Shown: positions 61,900 through 64,000 of the stretch, one piece after another | How positions within the stretch are numbered: the stretch's first letter is position 1 | How the letters are laid out: each line of letters opens with the position of its first letter | Origin: Verrucomicrobiota bacterium | GTDB taxonomy: Bacteria; Verrucomicrobiota; Verrucomicrobiia; Chthoniobacterales; UBA10450 | Direction: 5' to 3' | Length of the DNA stretch: 64,000 nucleotides | Assembly (NCBI GenBank): GCA_003218305.1 | Contig: QHMY01000038.1 | Coordinates: 7,464 to 71,463, forward strand | Notes under the pieces: model-generated | What the model was told of the DNA's origin: nothing | The model's database searches: none | Seen by the model: the letters and a program-made list of their open reading frames with translations, nothing else | Position numbers and translations under genes: made by a program

Positions 61900-63306
61900 A
61901 TGGTTACGCAACGCACGCATGGTCTCCATCGCGTTTTCCTGCTCTGCCAGATCGTGCTGGTGGCGGTCCTCTTCTGGTTTGGCGTCTGGGTGATGGTCAC
62001 CTTTTATTCTCCGGGGGCGGAACTGACCTGGCGCCGGTATAGCATCTATTGCGGCCTGCTGGTTTTGGGAATGACGGTGGAATCGTTGAGCCGGGACGGC
62101 TCGAAAAACTATTTCCTTCAGAACGAACTGCTGCGTCAGCATCGGGTGAGTTTGCGGCAGGTCTTCGCCAGCATCGGCACCCTCGTCTTTTATTTGGTCG
62201 CGACCAAGGACGGCTTCATCTCGCGTGTCTTCTTCTTTAACTTCGTTCCTTGGCTCTACGTGGTCCTGCTCTTCTCGCATCATTATCTGCCTTCCTTTCT
62301 GGCCCGGCGCATCTTCAGCGGCCCCCGGGAAGAGAAAACCTTGCTCGTCGGATCGACTGAGAAAGCCGCGCAACTGCGAAGCTGGCTGCATCGCAAAGCG
62401 GATATCGGGTTGCGCACCGTCGGTCTCATCTGCGACGAGCAAATCGAGAAGACGGAAGACGGCATTCCCGTTCTGGGCAATTCCGATGAGCTCGAAAAGA
62501 TTATCGTCGAGCGCAAGATCACCCAGATCATCATGCTGGAGTTTCCCCTCTTTACGGAGATCAACCGCCAGATTATCAGCGCGTGCGATCGCCTCGGCAT
62601 CCGGTTGCTCATCGTAAGCGATCTCGAAGAGAAGTTGCGGCATTCGGTCACCCATTTCGAGGATGACGGCTTTCGTTTCATCGGGCTTCGCGAGGAGCCC
62701 CTCGAGAATCCGCTCAACCGTTTTTTCAAGCGCGCGCTCGATGTCCTTATTTCATTGCCGGTAATCATGCTCGTCTTCCCGATTCTCACGGTCTTCGTCT
62801 GGATCGCGCAGCGGATCCAATCGCCCGGTCCGCTTTTCCATGTGCAAACGCGAGCCGGAATGCAAAACCGGCGCTTCAAAATTTACAAGTTTCGCACGAT
62901 GCAGCCAGACCACGCCCAGGTTACGCGCCAGGCCCAACAGGGCGACGAGCGGATTTATCCTCTCGGGAAATGGTTTCGTAAGCTCAGTATCGACGAAGTC
63001 CCGCAATTTTGGAATGTGCTGCTCGGGGACATGAGCATCGTCGGTCCGCGCCCGCACCTGATCGAGCACAACAATCAATTCGCTCAACTGATGGCAAATT
63101 ATCACGTGCGCGCTTTTGTGAAGCCAGGCATTACCGGCCTCGCCCAGGTGCGAGGCTTTCGGGGCGAAGCGCGCAACAGTGCCGATATCGAAAATCGGGT
63201 AGCCTGCGACATCGAGTACCTCGAGAATTGGAGCCTCTCCCTGGAGTGCGGAATCATCCTGCGCACGTTCGTGCATGTGATCGTCCCGCCGCGGAGCGCC
63301 TATTGA
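61900..63306 (+). CDS. polyprenyl-phosphate glycosyl-1-phosphate transferase (WcaJ/WbaP-type priming sugar transferase)
   Basis: Four N-terminal TM helices and a central Rossmann-like domain are followed by KRALDV..S....L.FP, FHVQTRAGMQNRRFKIYKFRTM, DEVPQFWNVLLGDMSIVGPRP. Confidence 0.9.
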   Translation: MVTQRTHGLHRVFLLCQIVLVAVLFWFGVWVMVTFYSPGAELTWRRYSIYCGLLVLGMTVESLSRDGSKNYFLQNELLRQHRVSLRQVFASIGTLVFYLVATKDGFISRVFFFNFVPWLYVVLLFSHHYLPSFLARRIFSGPREEKTLLVGSTEKAAQLRSWLHRKADIGLRTVGLICDEQIEKTEDGIPVLGNSDELEKIIVERKITQIIMLEFPLFTEINRQIISACDRLGIRLLIVSDLEEKLRHSVTHFEDDGFRFIGLREEPLENPLNRFFKRALDVLISLPVIMLVFPILTVFVWIAQRIQSPGPLFHVQTRAGMQNRRFKIYKFRTMQPDHAQVTRQAQQGDERIYPLGKWFRKLSIDEVPQFWNVLLGDMSIVGPRPHLIEHNNQFAQLMANYHVRAFVKPGITGLAQVRGFRGEARNSADIENRVACDIEYLENWSLSLECGIILRTFVHVIVPPRSAY

Positions 63307-63359
63307 GGTAGGAACGCCGCGCTGCGGCGTCCGTGAGTGTACACCGCGGCGCGGCGTCT

Positions 63360-64000
63360 CTACCCGATCGATTGCAGTTCGGAGGCGAAATCCTGGAAAA
63401 CCCGGCCCTTCTCGAATTGCTCCACATAGCGTTGGCCGGCGGCACCGTATTCCGCGAGCCGCTGTGGATCCTGCGCGAGAGCTTCGAGCAGGTCGGCCAA
63501 CTGCCTTGGATGACCCGGCGGAATATTTACTCCAAACTTTCCTTCCGCCAGTGACAAAGCCAGTTCGCATTCCGGCGCCGCGACGGTTACGACCGGTTTC
63601 GCTGCCGCCAGCAAGCCGAGAAGCTTGCTCGGGAAAAAGGAATTCCCGGAACCTGCCTGTTGGGTGATGAAGCAGACATCCACGTCCGCAAGAAGCTCGC
63701 GATAATCCTCGCCTTGCTGGAGCGGAAGCATGGTGATGTTGCCAAGCTTCAGTTCGCGCACCCGCTGCGCAAGAGCTTCACGCTGCGCGCCGTCTCCACA
63801 GATCACGATCCGAATGCGCGGATTGCGCAGCAATGGTGCTGTTTCCAGCAATACATTCAGGCCTTGTTTTACGCCAAGATTTCCCGCGTAAATGGCCAGG
63901 AATTCTGCCTCGGCAAAGCCGTGTCGCCGTCGAAATTCACCGCGGACCGGAGGTGGTGTGTCACTTTTCAAATCAATCGCATTTGGGAAATAAATAAGCT
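63360..64000 (-). CDS. GT1/GT4-family glycosyltransferase (C-terminal part; the N-terminus lies beyond the window end)
   Basis: FPNAIDL...RRRHGF..AEFLAIYAGNLGVKQGL..LLE...L......IVICGDG..RE.L........L.N follows the GT4 C-domain layout. The reading frame stays open upstream of the track start (TTG 63971) to position 64000. Confidence 0.8.
   Translation of the reverse strand, partial: LIYFPNAIDLKSDTPPPVRGEFRRRHGFAEAEFLAIYAGNLGVKQGLNVLLETAPLLRNPRIRIVICGDGAQREALAQRVRELKLGNITMLPLQQGEDYRELLADVDVCFITQQAGSGNSFFPSKLLGLLAAAKPVVTVAAPECELALSLAEGKFGVNIPPGHPRQLADLLEALAQDPQRLAEYGAAGQRYVEQFEKGRVFQDFASELQSIG

Overview
GC-rich bacterial chromosomal window, densely coding and mostly core metabolism and housekeeping. 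The gene content suggests a Verrucomicrobiota/PVC-type soil organism: a DUF1800/DUF1501 pair, TMTC-like TPR glycosyltransferases, a PATAN/DUF4388 protein and a SxtJ/DUF5989 triad. This taxonomic guess is inference only.

Recognisable core genes:
- Cofactor and isoprenoid: ribE, aroD, coaC/coaB (split), ispF, dxs, folP.
- Central metabolism: pdhABC, gcvTH, ppdK.
- Translation and RNA: rpsT, cysS, tRNA-Ser(GGA), rnr.
- DNA and nucleotide: a dGTPase, rnhC, mutY, gmk, xseB, scpA.
- Other: yicC, a SEDS (RodA/FtsW) protein, cdaA.

Accessory or envelope parts:
1. A tight three-gene GT-C/GT2/GT-C glycosylation operon (4.9-10 kb).
2. A CslA-like processive GT2 with an L,D-transpeptidase (14.9-17.2 kb).
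3. A secreted-protein locus (35.2-41 kb). A DUF1800-DUF1501 pair has acquired a CHRD domain plus an unassigned ~125-aa module, which also occurs in a convergent paralogous gene.
4. A surface-polysaccharide locus (56.9-64 kb). It holds a carbamoyltransferase-SxtJ-DUF5989 triad, a Wzy_C/O-antigen-ligase-like protein, a priming sugar transferase and a GT1/GT4.

Structure not explained by the ORF track:
- A ~32-38-nt element made of CCAACGY heptamers, present three times. Two copies form a perfect 33-bp inverted repeat between rnhC and mutY. One copy lies in frame inside cysS.
- A 22-codon Lys/Ala-rich sORF with an SD and a textbook terminator.
- An 18-bp perfect palindrome upstream of gcvT.
- Two unusually long non-coding stretches (1359-1708 and 47592-48043).

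I see no CRISPR array, transposase, integrase, prophage or recognisable defence island. No complete novel system can be proven from sequence alone. The best candidates are flagged in findings with explicit tests. All domain calls come from motif recognition by eye, without database searches.
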